A DNA stretch of 64,000 bases from Candidatus Kapaibacterium sp. (GTDB lineage: Bacteria > Bacteroidota > Ignavibacteria > Kapaibacteriales > UBA2268). A model generated the notes under the pieces. That model saw only the letters and a program-made list of their open reading frames with translations, did not search any database and was not told where the DNA came from. Location of the stretch: assembly GCA_963665665.1 (NCBI GenBank), contig OY762428.1, positions 3,648,001-3,712,000 of the forward strand, written 5' to 3'. The translations under genes and the position numbers were made by a program. This document shows positions 1 through 11,340 of the stretch, piece after piece (within the stretch, counting starts at the first letter, position 1; each line of letters begins with the position of its first letter).

Positions 1-3000
1 AATGTAGATCTTTGGATTGATAATCCAAATGTGACAGTAACAGGGCAGAGCGGAGACCTGGAAATTCAGGGAGGATTAAGGCTTAGTAATGGTACTGTTA
101 ATGTAGGCCTTGCATCTGAAACTGCAGGAGGGCTGATATATTCCAATGGAACAGGTACTCCTTCACTAACTGTTGAGAACGGTTATCTGAATATCAACTC
201 TGAGTTAGCTAAATCAGCTGTGGCTTCGACTATCGATTTTAACCAGTCCGGCGGTGAAATAAATATTGGTGTTCGTGGATACCTGAATACCACTCATGGT
301 ATGTTTGATATCAGTTCGGTCGGATCGGAATTTATCTGGACCGGCGGTATTATTGAGTTAAACAGGACTAACCGCAGCGTTACTTTTACAGACGGTGATT
401 ATATTGTTGGTGCTTCAAGCGGAACCGTAACAGGTGGTACATTGAGGATTGATGCACAGGAATCCGGAAACAGGGTATACGAAATTAACACTACCCAGCC
501 TGTCAATGAAATTTTTATGACCGGAACAAATGACCCTGTCGCACAGATAATTAATACCGACCTTACAATTCTTGATGACCTGACTATTGATGGTTCAGGT
601 GCTGGAAGATTTGATGCAAATGATTATAATATTAATATCGGCGGTGACTGGTTTAATAATGCCAGTACATCATTTACTGCATTTGCTGCCGGCAGCGGAA
701 CAGTTACATTCGACGGCTCGGCTGATCAGCTAATAGGCGGGACAAGGTCAACAACTTACAATCATGTTACCGTAAATAAGTCTGCCGGTGATGTTATTCT
801 ATCCAATACCGACAGGGAAACTTTTATTGAAGGAACTTTGAAACTTGATCCCGGTAGCAGCGGCCTTGCTGTTATTGATTTGAACCAACGCGATCTGATA
901 ATGGGAGAAAGTGCTTCTTATGTTTCGAATTCAGGCACAAGTGTATTTAACTTTGATACTACAAAATATATTAAAAATTCTGAAAGTGGCGGAAATTATA
1001 ATGGGCGTCTGATAAAACAAACAACTTCAGGAATAACTGCTCGAACAGAAATGATGTTTCCCGTTGGTACAGATACTGTTTATTCACCTGCTGAGATTGT
1101 TTACCTTGCAGGGCAGGCAACTTTCGGAGCTGATGCTTATACTGCTTGTAAAGTGATTCCGATTGAGCATCCCCGGGTTGAGGAACCTGATATTTCCTTG
1201 ATGAGATACTGGCAGATGGCCACGAATGATATTACGCTTGATTCAGATCTTGACGGTGATGTAGATGTAATTTTTCATTATGTAGGTACTGATGTTGCAG
1301 GTAACGAAGGTGAATACAGGGTATTGTTCTTCTCGCCAAGTTATCCTGATCCGCTTGGATTCTGGACTGTGGATCCGGGCGGTATAGGTAATGATATTGT
1401 TGACTTTAATAACAGGATGTTTTATTCTCTTGCCGTTAAAAAGGTAGATGGTGACTGGCTTTGTGGCGAGGAAGATGCTGCCCAGGCTACATATTTTAGT
1501 CGTCAGAACGGTGATTACAATGATCCTGATACATGGTCAAAAATTACTTTTGGCGGAGCTGCTTCTTCAACTGCCCCGAATAAAGCATCGGACAGGGTTT
1601 TGATTGCTGATAATGATACGGTTACTGTTACTGCTAATCCTGCAGAAGTAGATGTTTGTGCCGTGATGGAAGACGGTACATTAAAAATTGCCGGTGATTA
1701 TGTCTTTACGGGAGATACACTAAGGGTAGATGCTAACGGAAGCCTGATAATCGGAAACTCTGATGGTGTTTATCTTTCACCGACTGCACAGGGTTGTGTG
1801 CAGACTGATTTCAGGATATTTAATTCGAATGTTATTTATACATTTATAGATGCTCCTGTGACAAAGTCCGGAACCGGTAATGCTCTGCCAACCCAGTTGC
1901 GTTCCATTGTTGTGGATAAATCTTCCGGCGATACACTTTTGCTTGAGAAACAGTTTGCCATTACCGATTCACTTGTGTTGATAGACGGAGCACTGGATGT
2001 TGGTTCATATTCCATCAACGGCAACAGTGCCGGAAGAACATTTTCAATGTATGACGGTGAACTAATCATAAGGAATCAGTATCCTACAAACTATCTGGAT
2101 AATACTTTTACAGCCGGAAGAATTACATTTGACGGTACGGGTAATGCTACAATTCCCAGTTCCGGCTCAACTCCGGGTGTTGATCAGTATTATGACCTGA
2201 AAATAAGCGGCCAGAGGGATTCAACAGTTATTACCTTCCAGTCTGCCGGGCAGATAAATATTATTAATGATTTTGATATTTCCACGATTGTATTTACCGG
2301 CGGCTTGTCTGAAAGATTTCAGACTGACGGATCGACAGTGAACTTTGCCAAATCAGGAGGAGTACAGGATATACAATGTCGTCCTGCATCGCCACCGGAT
2401 TCTATAGTAAACCTTGAATATTTTAATTTACTGATTACAGGCACCGGAACAAAGCAATTATACACAGCAGCCGGAACTCCGACATTTGTGGTTAGAAATG
2501 ACCTGACATTATCCAGTTCTACATTTTCTTCGAATGGCTATAATCTTGAAGTAAACGGTGACTGGGTTAATACCGGATCTTTATTCGATCCCGGAACTGA
2601 CGGAGTAATAATGCGTTCACCGGTATTCAGCCTGACAAATACAATTTCAAGCAGAGATACTTCGGAAAATCCATTTTATAATTTATTGATTGGCGGCGAA
2701 GGAATTGTAGAGCCGAACGATGACCTGTATGTTATGAATGATTTTGCGATAGAAGCAAATTCTAATTTCTCGCTTTCGACTACTACTTTCACACTTGAAG
2801 GAGACTGGACGAATTACGGCGGATCATTCAGTTCCGCTTCTTTTTCGACAGTTCATTTTAATGGCAGCTCTACTCAGAATATGACGAAATCTGATGCCGG
2901 AAATGAAGAATTCTGGGATGTATTTATTTCTAATCCGAATCATGTTGATGCTACAGGTATTGGCACAAGCAGTGATAACGGGTTTGTAATCAATAATTAT

Positions 3001-6000
3001 ATCGAGCTGGATGGTGGTAATCTTATTACACGTGGCCGCCATGCAACATCCTATGGCGCTATTGGCCGGCCGGGCGCAAATCCGGGACACATAGACGGTG
3101 AATTAAGAAAAATCATGGATACTGCTACGACCTCGGAAATATTTGAAGTTGGCTATGGCAGTCAGTACACTCCTGCCAGGCTCTCTTTTAACGGCAGTGG
3201 CGGATCTTCAGGTCTTGTTGGTGTTGCCAGTGATACTATAACTACAGCTACTTCACCAATCAGCTGGGATAATCTGAATCCTGATAATATTCTTCCTGCC
3301 GGCAGTGAGATGAGCCTTGACAAACATGTTGCAAGGCAATGGACTTTATCGAATCCGGGGGGAATATTCGCAATTGGTTCTAACAGAAATTATGATTTCA
3401 CAGGCTATTTTATTAATCCCGGCGACTTTCGTAATGGAGCTGATCCGGATTATTTTGAACTAAGGCTTTGGAACGGTTCTGTATGGACAGCTCCCGACAG
3501 GTTTGCTAACCCGCTTACCGGAACAAGGAACAGTGATAACTCTACATACAGAATGCTTGAAGAATTCGGTACTATCATTCTCGGAGAACCCGACAAATAC
3601 TCCTTCTACAGCATATATGATGCAAATTGGGGAGTAAATACCAGTTGGTCAACACAGTCATACGGTGGCCCTGCAAGTGATATTCCTCCCAATACTGATT
3701 GTAAGGTATATATTGGTGATTCTAAAGTAATTACTATGGAGGCCAATAAAACCAATAATGGTATAGTTACTATTGATACAAGTGGTACATTACTTTGTGA
3801 AACTTATGTGCTTAGCGGCGGCGTTGGAAGCGAATTTATTCTCGGCAGGGAAGGGGCACTTGGTATTGGAAGCGCCGATGGTATCAGGGCAAGCGGTGCT
3901 TTTGGTAATATACAGACTGATTCCAGAGATTTCAATGAAAATACTCACAACCGTGGCCACTTTATTTATACTTCCGGTTTGAACCAGACTCAGGCCGATG
4001 AGGCTCTTCCTATAACCATAGCTACTCTTCGGGTTAATAAAACTTCGAATACAGTAACCAATAACAGGTCTGCTATAATTATTACAGACAGTCTTCATCT
4101 TGAGAATGGTACTTATGAAGCCGGAGCCAATATAAGCCTGCTTGGTAATTTTTACAGGGAAGATGGTTCAACTTTCGATCCGTCAACAAATTCGTTTACC
4201 GTTGAAGGAACAAGCGGCCAATTTTTCACAAACAGTTCCACATCCCTGACGATAGATTTTTATAATCTTCAGATTGAAAAAGAAGCTGGCGAAGGCATCC
4301 TGACATTAAATGATAATACCCCGATAAAAATTGAAAATAATCTTTTATTTGCTCCTGCGAATGAATCAATAATTGACGGTCAGGGGCATTCCTGGAACTA
4401 TGTTGAATTGCCTAATGGCGCTACATTGACCAGGGCTGGTAGTGGCCATATATTTGGTGAATTAAGAAAATATATTCCTGCGGGAAATACCAGTGATATT
4501 GATTTTGAAGTTGGCGATACAACTTTCTTTACTCCGCTTCGATTTAATTTCGACGATACCGGAGGTACTGCCGGTCTGATCGGCGTTAATAGTATTCAGG
4601 GGGCGCATCCGAACATGACTGATACCGACTGCCCGATTGATCCTGCAAGATATATACCAAGATATTGGAGAACCACCCGGCCAGGCGGTTCCGGCTTTGC
4701 CGTTGGAACAAGATCGTACACTCTCAGGTCAACATTCATTGATCCGGACGATCTGGGTACAATTGACCATCCGACATGTACTGAAACCGGATACTGGCGT
4801 GGAACAACAGAAAGCTGGCAGGCTTTGAGGCCGAATACAACAAACGGCAATTTTGCTTATGCTTGTAGCGATACAAGGTTTATACTTGGTGATATCGATT
4901 ATGATGGCAGCATGACGACAAACCTGGCAAACGATATTCCTTCTGATTCTACGCTGGGTTCAACATATACATTTGCAGACGGTTCCCTTCTTTTAGCAGA
5001 TTACGTAGTCGGAAACCAGAATTCAGGCAGAACTACAATATTTTATAGCCGCCAGGACGGAGACTGGACAGATCCCAATACCTGGTCGGAAGATAGTTAT
5101 ATCGGCACTGCATCCAGCAGGTATCCCATAACACAGTATGATGTTGCTTATATCGGAAATAACCGCTACGTTGATCTTGATGCAAATCTTGGTACCAATT
5201 ATCTTTATTCAGGTGTATCTAATGATTATTTTGGTCCGGCTATAAATGTTGAAAATACCGGGGAACTTTATCTTCACAATCATGTAATACGCGGAGTAGG
5301 TTTTACAGCAAAGAAGGGATCGAAAGTTGTTATTGGCTCAAGGGACGGCATTACTCTGAGTAATACTCGCGGCAATATAATGTCTCTTACAAGGACTTTC
5401 GAAGACAGTATTAATGTTGTGTATACTGCCGAGGGTTATACCCCAAGGTGCAAGTATGGCGATCAAACTGGCAGAAACACTCAGTATTATGATGTCAGGG
5501 ACTGGTATGCCGATAGTAGATATACTGAAAGAGTTACAATGCAGGATGCCAGTTCGGATACAATAATGGATAACCAGAGCGGTTCTGATTTCAGGACGAG
5601 AGGGTATTTCTATTTTGCTGATATTACCGCAACAGTTACTTCGGGTAGCCAATATAGATTTTTCCTTGAGCCGGATGACAATGGATCAAGAAGGTGGAAA
5701 ATTTATGTTGACTGGAACTATGATGGTGATTTTTCTGATTCGAATGAAGAATGGTATGATTCCTACGGTAGCGGGACAAGAAATACGGGATTGCTTACTG
5801 TACCGGCAAGTACTAATCCGGGAGTAACCCGGATTAGAGTTATGAACCGTTATGGATCCAGTGACTATAACTGGTACAGCAGGAGTTTAACTGGAGAAGT
5901 TGAAGATTATACTCTTGTTATTATTAATAACACTCCTGCCATTACACAGGTAACAGGAGACAATTTACCTGATGACTTGTGGTCATTCGAAGCCCGTGCT

Positions 6001-9000
6001 GTAAGAACAGCCGGTGGTACAATCGAACTTGGAAATGATCTGCGTATAAGAGATTCTTTGTTATTAACCAGTGGCGTCTTTACAGTGAACGGCCATGATA
6101 TTTCACTTCAGGGTGATTTTATAAATGACTCAACAAATAATTTTATTCATGACAGCCAGACTATAACTTTCTATGGTTCTGATAATGACACAATCAGGGG
6201 AACAAATCCTACCGATTTCTATAATATAGTAATTGATAAAGACAGTGCTGATGTTGTTCTTACTCATTCAACACCTGATACTGATTTTTACACTACAATT
6301 GAAAATAATCTTACTTTTGATTCTGATACTGATTTTTATCTTTCAAATAGTTCTACTATTACTTTATTGTCATCATCGAATTTGAATGCCGGTTCCGGCA
6401 GTTTTGGCAGATACAGGAAATTTGAAGTAAGCGGCGATACTGATGCAGGAATCATTGAAAAACAATTTACAACTGCCGCAGGAGCCAAGGCTTTTGTATT
6501 CCCGGTAGGAATAGATACATTATATAATCCTGCCGACCTGACTTTAACGGGTTCTTATAGCGGAACTCCCACAATAAACCTTCAGCTCCATTACGGACTT
6601 CACCCGGCAAGGCTTGATGACAACATGCTTTTGAAATACTGGACCGTTGACCTTGAAGATATCAGCTCTATCACAGCTAATGATTTTAAGTTTTACTGGG
6701 AAGATTTGGATACTAATGGTGTTAAGGATGATTATATTCCTGCACTTCATTATTCAGGTGGATGGGAAATAAATCTTGGTATCGGCCCCAAAGCACTACC
6801 TTCGCCAATTGAAATAACAAACAGTCCGCTATTTGAAGGAGACTGGACTGCCGGCGATGCTAACGGTTTCTTTAATGGCCGACCCTTCTATTCCATAAAT
6901 ACAGGCGACTGGGATGTTCCTTCAAACTGGTCAAATATTAGTCATGTCGGCCCCCCTTCTTCATATTATCCCAATCAGCTCTATGATCATGATTCTGTTT
7001 ATGTTGACGGTTATACTATTACTTTCAATGTTGATAGTTCTCTTGTTGACCTTGTTGATGTAGGTGGTACATTTGGCACAAATGGTGAACTTACTTTCGG
7101 TAGCAGCCCAACGGAGAAAAAACTTACGTCAAGTTCTACATTTACTGTATATGAAGATGGCATATTGAATGGCACTACCGGTAGTAACAGAATAGATACT
7201 CTTGTGCTTCACGGAGATTTTTATAATTATGCGCAGTCTGCTTCCTCGGGTATAGTTGAACTTTATTCCGGCGCTAATGACTATACAGTATTGAAATTTG
7301 ATTCTCCTGATTCTGTGTCCGCTTCTGGCAATACATACATTGGTGGTGAAGGAGTATGGGGAGACATCGGTTCATATATTCTTGATAAGAATGGCGGGCT
7401 TGCCGATACTCTTATTGTCAATTCGGGTACGTTTGCCGATGCTACAGTTGCTTCGCCAGGTGACCTTGTTTACTACCCGGAACAGGGTGTTTTAAAGCTT
7501 AATGTAAATAATACATTGTCTGTAAGTAACGGAAATAACCCCGTACAAATGTCTCCTTTCACCGGTTTTGATGTTGCGGCAGGTGTAGTATCTTCATCAT
7601 CAACCCTGACAACCGATGTTAACACAACTATTCATGTTGACGGTGGTGATTTCCTTGTTGGTGATGCTGCCGGAGAATCCCTAATCTATAAAACCGGGAC
7701 ACATTTTGAACTTATCGACGGGACGCTTGATATTGCCGGCGCTTTCAAGAAATTTAATACCAATTCCCTTATAGATTTTTCCATGACATCAGTTGGTGCG
7801 GTCCGGGTTCTTAACCAGGGAGTATTGAGTTCTTCCGAGATTGGATTTGATATAACAAACGCATCATCATCATTTTCTATGGATGGCGGAAGGATAATTA
7901 TTGCCAATGGTACTGTTGGCGCTAATGCCGACTTTGAAGTTAATGCCCAGAACGGCACTGGTATGCTCGGTGGAGAAATTCAATCCGGCGACGGCACAAC
8001 TCCCGGCGCAGCGATAATAAAAATTGCAGGATCAATGCCCGTTTGGGACCTTCACGCCGTTGGAAATGCAAGTACAGATGTTGTAACCCAGATCACTGAA
8101 GAGACTTTTTATATTAATAATGACCTGATAATTGATAATATTAATACCTTTGAAACAAGAGGTAATACAATCGACCTGTCCGGAGACCTGTTAAATTCCG
8201 GTGTTTTCGATGCAATCAATTCTGCCGATGCAACAAGCCCCAGAATGCTTATACTTAGCGGTTCAAGCAATACTCAGACCCTATATAATGCTCAGGCAGG
8301 CGGCCTTGAGCTTTATAACCTCAGGGTAGATAAATTGGGGGGAGACGTTCTTCTTGGCCAGGCTCCCGGTGATAATTCTAATCTGCTAATAAGGAATATT
8401 CTTGAATTTACGAATGATAACTATTCTGTAATTGATTCAAGAACAAACGGGCTTTACGTGGAAATGGAACCCGATGCGGGTTCGGTTCCCCAGATAATCA
8501 GAAACGGACTGGGGCATATTTCCGGCAGGCTGTACAGGTATGTTGATACTGATGAACAAAGTGTTGCCTTTGCTGTTGGATCATCAACGGTAACCGAGTA
8601 CAGGCCTGTAGAATTTGAAACTGTTGGAAGCGGTGGAACAGCAGGTTTGGTGGGTGTTATAATGCATGATTTTGATCACCCGCGCCTTGGCGATGCTCTT
8701 GCCAAAACTGATAATAATATTCAGGTGTACTGGAATATTTCCGAAGGAACAGGCTTTGATCTTGATACAAGAACCTTTGATTTAAAAACTTATTTCCTGA
8801 ACCCGGAAGATATTCGCGGCGCTCAGTCTGATACACTGTTCTTCGGACATTTCCTTTACGAACCGCCATGCCCTGACCCTCCGGCAGTATGTCCGGGTGG
8901 CGGAACCTGGCATGAATTAATTTCAATTGATAAGGGGGCAAACTATGTGCGTTCCACTATCAATGACACATTCGGCGATGTAATGATAGCTGAAGCTGAC

Positions 9001-11070
9001 GGTGTAACATTTTACAGCATTAATGATGGTAACTGGAATAATGCAGCCAATTGGTCAACAGTCGGGTATGAAAGTGCTTCCAATCCTTACGGACGTTACC
9101 CCGGAGAGGCCGGTAATACAAGTGATAAGGCAAGGGTTGGTAACGATAAAAAGATTACAGTTCCTGTAGGTATACTTCCGAATGTAAGGACGTTGATTGT
9201 AGAAATGTATAACTCACAACCCGGAAAATTATATATTGAAGGTAATGTCGGGGCTGTAAGGGGAATATCCTTTGCTCTCAGGGACAGTTGTACTCTTGGC
9301 ATTATGCATCTGAACGGTATTGCTCAGAACGGGGTTACAGGTGGCGCCATTCTTATGGATACTCGTGAATATGGTGTTAGTAACTATGTATTTAATTCTA
9401 CTTTTGGTTCCCAGAACTCCGGTAAAGGCCTGCCCGATTCTGTTGCGGCAATAATTGTTGATAATCCGTCAGCGCCGACTAATAATGTTTTTGTTACAGC
9501 TTTCAATGCAGGTTATGACATTCGTGTAAGGGATTCGCTTTCCGTTTTGCAGGGAACTCTTAACTGTGGTAACAGGGACTTCCATCTTTATGGTGATTTC
9601 TCAATATTTGGAAACGGACTTTTTGAGCCTTTGGCTTCGAGTTTCGAGTTCAGCGGCCCCAACTCACATACAATCACTCTTGGGAATAACCAGGGCCTTT
9701 CTTTCTGGAATTGCAATGTCCGCTCGGATGCTGATGTTATTGTTGATCCTGTAACCGGATATGACACAACAACAGCACATATATATATGGAAAACAATCT
9801 GACATTCTCAGGTGATAATATATTTTACGTTCGCGATCAGTGGCGCAAGATTATTATGAGCAACACAGCAAATGTTGTTCAGTCAGTTGCCGATCAGGGC
9901 TATGTTGACGGTACTCTTCTGAAATATCTTGGCCCTAATGCTCTCACAGAATTTTTTGAGATAGGTAACGGAACGGCTTATACGCCTGTTCTTCTTACAC
10001 TCGATAATACCAGCGGAAATGGCACTGCCGGGCAGGTAGAAGCAATAAATATTGCACCCCTGCCTAATGACCCGTCCAATTACCCGGCTGTCGGGCACAG
10101 GATGGATACCGGGCGTTCCATTCCGCGCTACTGGCGCGTGATGCCGACTCCCGGTGGTTCATTTGCTATTGGTGGCCGTACAGCAAATGCACGCCTTCAC
10201 TTCCCCAATTCCGAACTTGGAATTATAAGTGTTCCGAATGCCGTTATCAGGCGGAGGTCGATTCCCACCGAGACGCCTGAATGGCATCAGCGCTCATATA
10301 CAACGCAGATAAACTGGGATGTTGTCAGCCCGACTTCCTGGGCGGAACTTCTTCCGGCAACACCGCCATGGGAAGGTATCGGCGAATTTTATATCGGCGA
10401 GAAATTTGACAGGACATTCTATAGTATAGCGGATGGTGTCTGGGCTGATAATAATACCTGGTCATTGGAATCTCATGACGGTATAGCGCCTCCTCCTGGT
10501 GTATATCCCAACCATGATGAAAACGAACAGGCTGATAACGTTGAAATAGGACTTACAAGCGCTTCCTATACTCACGTGGTTACTCTGGATGTTGACTCTC
10601 CTGATATTGATACGCTCAGGGTGCTTGGCAATTCTGAATTATATATGGATGCCAATACGATTAATTGTTACGATTGCCTGGCACTTAGCAAAGGACTTTT
10701 CCGATTCAGGGATAACGCCACGCTCAGCATTGGTGGTACGAACAATCCTAATGAACTTGTTTTGAAAAATTTCACTGCTTACGACTGGACGGATGCTGAG
10801 GGCAGCAACACAACAATAAAATTTACCGGTACAAATACAATTACTCAAAACCCTTTCGGTAATGCCACGGATATAGGGTATTTCGGCCATGTGGAAGTGG
10901 CCGAGCCGGGCGAGAAAGTTATTAACCAGGCTTTGCGTATTCAGGGGAACCTGCTGATAACAACCGGAGCAACTTTGAATGTTCAAAATATTGATGCATT
11001 GAAGGTAAATCGAAACGTTATCAACTCTGCCAGTTTGAATAATAACGGGGTGATCGAAATAGGCGAATAG
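1..11070 (+). CDS. Giant repetitive surface/adhesin-like beta-solenoid protein, 5' truncated by the window, with an inserted GEVED domain
   Basis: Frame is open from base 1 (NVDLWIDNPN precedes the GTG at 31). Six FYS-x2-(D/N/T)G-x-W-x5-WS-like motifs at about 1489, 3601, 5038, 6883, 9007 and 10414. Recurring GHIxGxL...F(E/P)VG...Y(T/S)P and RYW motifs. GEVED signature (YVDWNYDGDFSD...GEVEDY) at about 5700-5910. Ends in NNNGVIEIGE with no T9SS CTD. Confidence 0.8.
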   Translation, partial: NVDLWIDNPNVTVTGQSGDLEIQGGLRLSNGTVNVGLASETAGGLIYSNGTGTPSLTVENGYLNINSELAKSAVASTIDFNQSGGEINIGVRGYLNTTHGMFDISSVGSEFIWTGGIIELNRTNRSVTFTDGDYIVGASSGTVTGGTLRIDAQESGNRVYEINTTQPVNEIFMTGTNDPVAQIINTDLTILDDLTIDGSGAGRFDANDYNINIGGDWFNNASTSFTAFAAGSGTVTFDGSADQLIGGTRSTTYNHVTVNKSAGDVILSNTDRETFIEGTLKLDPGSSGLAVIDLNQRDLIMGESASYVSNSGTSVFNFDTTKYIKNSESGGNYNGRLIKQTTSGITARTEMMFPVGTDTVYSPAEIVYLAGQATFGADAYTACKVIPIEHPRVEEPDISLMRYWQMATNDITLDSDLDGDVDVIFHYVGTDVAGNEGEYRVLFFSPSYPDPLGFWTVDPGGIGNDIVDFNNRMFYSLAVKKVDGDWLCGEEDAAQATYFSRQNGDYNDPDTWSKITFGGAASSTAPNKASDRVLIADNDTVTVTANPAEVDVCAVMEDGTLKIAGDYVFTGDTLRVDANGSLIIGNSDGVYLSPTAQGCVQTDFRIFNSNVIYTFIDAPVTKSGTGNALPTQLRSIVVDKSSGDTLLLEKQFAITDSLVLIDGALDVGSYSINGNSAGRTFSMYDGELIIRNQYPTNYLDNTFTAGRITFDGTGNATIPSSGSTPGVDQYYDLKISGQRDSTVITFQSAGQINIINDFDISTIVFTGGLSERFQTDGSTVNFAKSGGVQDIQCRPASPPDSIVNLEYFNLLITGTGTKQLYTAAGTPTFVVRNDLTLSSSTFSSNGYNLEVNGDWVNTGSLFDPGTDGVIMRSPVFSLTNTISSRDTSENPFYNLLIGGEGIVEPNDDLYVMNDFAIEANSNFSLSTTTFTLEGDWTNYGGSFSSASFSTVHFNGSSTQNMTKSDAGNEEFWDVFISNPNHVDATGIGTSSDNGFVINNYIELDGGNLITRGRHATSYGAIGRPGANPGHIDGELRKIMDTATTSEIFEVGYGSQYTPARLSFNGSGGSSGLVGVASDTITTATSPISWDNLNPDNILPAGSEMSLDKHVARQWTLSNPGGIFAIGSNRNYDFTGYFINPGDFRNGADPDYFELRLWNGSVWTAPDRFANPLTGTRNSDNSTYRMLEEFGTIILGEPDKYSFYSIYDANWGVNTSWSTQSYGGPASDIPPNTDCKVYIGDSKVITMEANKTNNGIVTIDTSGTLLCETYVLSGGVGSEFILGREGALGIGSADGIRASGAFGNIQTDSRDFNENTHNRGHFIYTSGLNQTQADEALPITIATLRVNKTSNTVTNNRSAIIITDSLHLENGTYEAGANISLLGNFYREDGSTFDPSTNSFTVEGTSGQFFTNSSTSLTIDFYNLQIEKEAGEGILTLNDNTPIKIENNLLFAPANESIIDGQGHSWNYVELPNGATLTRAGSGHIFGELRKYIPAGNTSDIDFEVGDTTFFTPLRFNFDDTGGTAGLIGVNSIQGAHPNMTDTDCPIDPARYIPRYWRTTRPGGSGFAVGTRSYTLRSTFIDPDDLGTIDHPTCTETGYWRGTTESWQALRPNTTNGNFAYACSDTRFILGDIDYDGSMTTNLANDIPSDSTLGSTYTFADGSLLLADYVVGNQNSGRTTIFYSRQDGDWTDPNTWSEDSYIGTASSRYPITQYDVAYIGNNRYVDLDANLGTNYLYSGVSNDYFGPAINVENTGELYLHNHVIRGVGFTAKKGSKVVIGSRDGITLSNTRGNIMSLTRTFEDSINVVYTAEGYTPRCKYGDQTGRNTQYYDVRDWYADSRYTERVTMQDASSDTIMDNQSGSDFRTRGYFYFADITATVTSGSQYRFFLEPDDNGSRRWKIYVDWNYDGDFSDSNEEWYDSYGSGTRNTGLLTVPASTNPGVTRIRVMNRYGSSDYNWYSRSLTGEVEDYTLVIINNTPAITQVTGDNLPDDLWSFEARAVRTAGGTIELGNDLRIRDSLLLTSGVFTVNGHDISLQGDFINDSTNNFIHDSQTITFYGSDNDTIRGTNPTDFYNIVIDKDSADVVLTHSTPDTDFYTTIENNLTFDSDTDFYLSNSSTITLLSSSNLNAGSGSFGRYRKFEVSGDTDAGIIEKQFTTAAGAKAFVFPVGIDTLYNPADLTLTGSYSGTPTINLQLHYGLHPARLDDNMLLKYWTVDLEDISSITANDFKFYWEDLDTNGVKDDYIPALHYSGGWEINLGIGPKALPSPIEITNSPLFEGDWTAGDANGFFNGRPFYSINTGDWDVPSNWSNISHVGPPSSYYPNQLYDHDSVYVDGYTITFNVDSSLVDLVDVGGTFGTNGELTFGSSPTEKKLTSSSTFTVYEDGILNGTTGSNRIDTLVLHGDFYNYAQSASSGIVELYSGANDYTVLKFDSPDSVSASGNTYIGGEGVWGDIGSYILDKNGGLADTLIVNSGTFADATVASPGDLVYYPEQGVLKLNVNNTLSVSNGNNPVQMSPFTGFDVAAGVVSSSSTLTTDVNTTIHVDGGDFLVGDAAGESLIYKTGTHFELIDGTLDIAGAFKKFNTNSLIDFSMTSVGAVRVLNQGVLSSSEIGFDITNASSSFSMDGGRIIIANGTVGANADFEVNAQNGTGMLGGEIQSGDGTTPGAAIIKIAGSMPVWDLHAVGNASTDVVTQITEETFYINNDLIIDNINTFETRGNTIDLSGDLLNSGVFDAINSADATSPRMLILSGSSNTQTLYNAQAGGLELYNLRVDKLGGDVLLGQAPGDNSNLLIRNILEFTNDNYSVIDSRTNGLYVEMEPDAGSVPQIIRNGLGHISGRLYRYVDTDEQSVAFAVGSSTVTEYRPVEFETVGSGGTAGLVGVIMHDFDHPRLGDALAKTDNNIQVYWNISEGTGFDLDTRTFDLKTYFLNPEDIRGAQSDTLFFGHFLYEPPCPDPPAVCPGGGTWHELISIDKGANYVRSTINDTFGDVMIAEADGVTFYSINDGNWNNAANWSTVGYESASNPYGRYPGEAGNTSDKARVGNDKKITVPVGILPNVRTLIVEMYNSQPGKLYIEGNVGAVRGISFALRDSCTLGIMHLNGIAQNGVTGGAILMDTREYGVSNYVFNSTFGSQNSGKGLPDSVAAIIVDNPSAPTNNVFVTAFNAGYDIRVRDSLSVLQGTLNCGNRDFHLYGDFSIFGNGLFEPLASSFEFSGPNSHTITLGNNQGLSFWNCNVRSDADVIVDPVTGYDTTTAHIYMENNLTFSGDNIFYVRDQWRKIIMSNTANVVQSVADQGYVDGTLLKYLGPNALTEFFEIGNGTAYTPVLLTLDNTSGNGTAGQVEAINIAPLPNDPSNYPAVGHRMDTGRSIPRYWRVMPTPGGSFAIGGRTANARLHFPNSELGIISVPNAVIRRRSIPTETPEWHQRSYTTQINWDVVSPTSWAELLPATPPWEGIGEFYIGEKFDRTFYSIADGVWADNNTWSLESHDGIAPPPGVYPNHDENEQADNVEIGLTSASYTHVVTLDVDSPDIDTLRVLGNSELYMDANTINCYDCLALSKGLFRFRDNATLSIGGTNNPNELVLKNFTAYDWTDAEGSNTTIKFTGTNTITQNPFGNATDIGYFGHVEVAEPGEKVINQALRIQGNLLITTGATLNVQNIDALKVNRNVINSASLNNNGVIEIGE

Positions 11071-11340
11071 CCTAACTTTATAGTATTAGTAGGAATATGA
11101 AAAAGAATTAATTGATAATTAGGTAGTATTACTGAAAAAGAATATAATAATATTGTCGTCTATTAATGTGAAGGAGTAGAAAATTTTTGATAAATTAAAA
11201 AGTTTTAATAAATTTAAGTAGTTATACTTATTGATGCTCAGGTTGCAATTGTGTAACTTGCAGGGCAAACTGAAAGAAGCTATTGAAAAAATAAGTATTT
11301 ATAATAAATAAATAAAATTACTCATCTACGGAGGTTTATA

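Noticed and set aside
11259-11290. c-di-GMP-I riboswitch (CAGGGCAAACTGAAAG)
   Set aside because: No adequate P2 stem and no downstream ACGCAAA/P3 elements.
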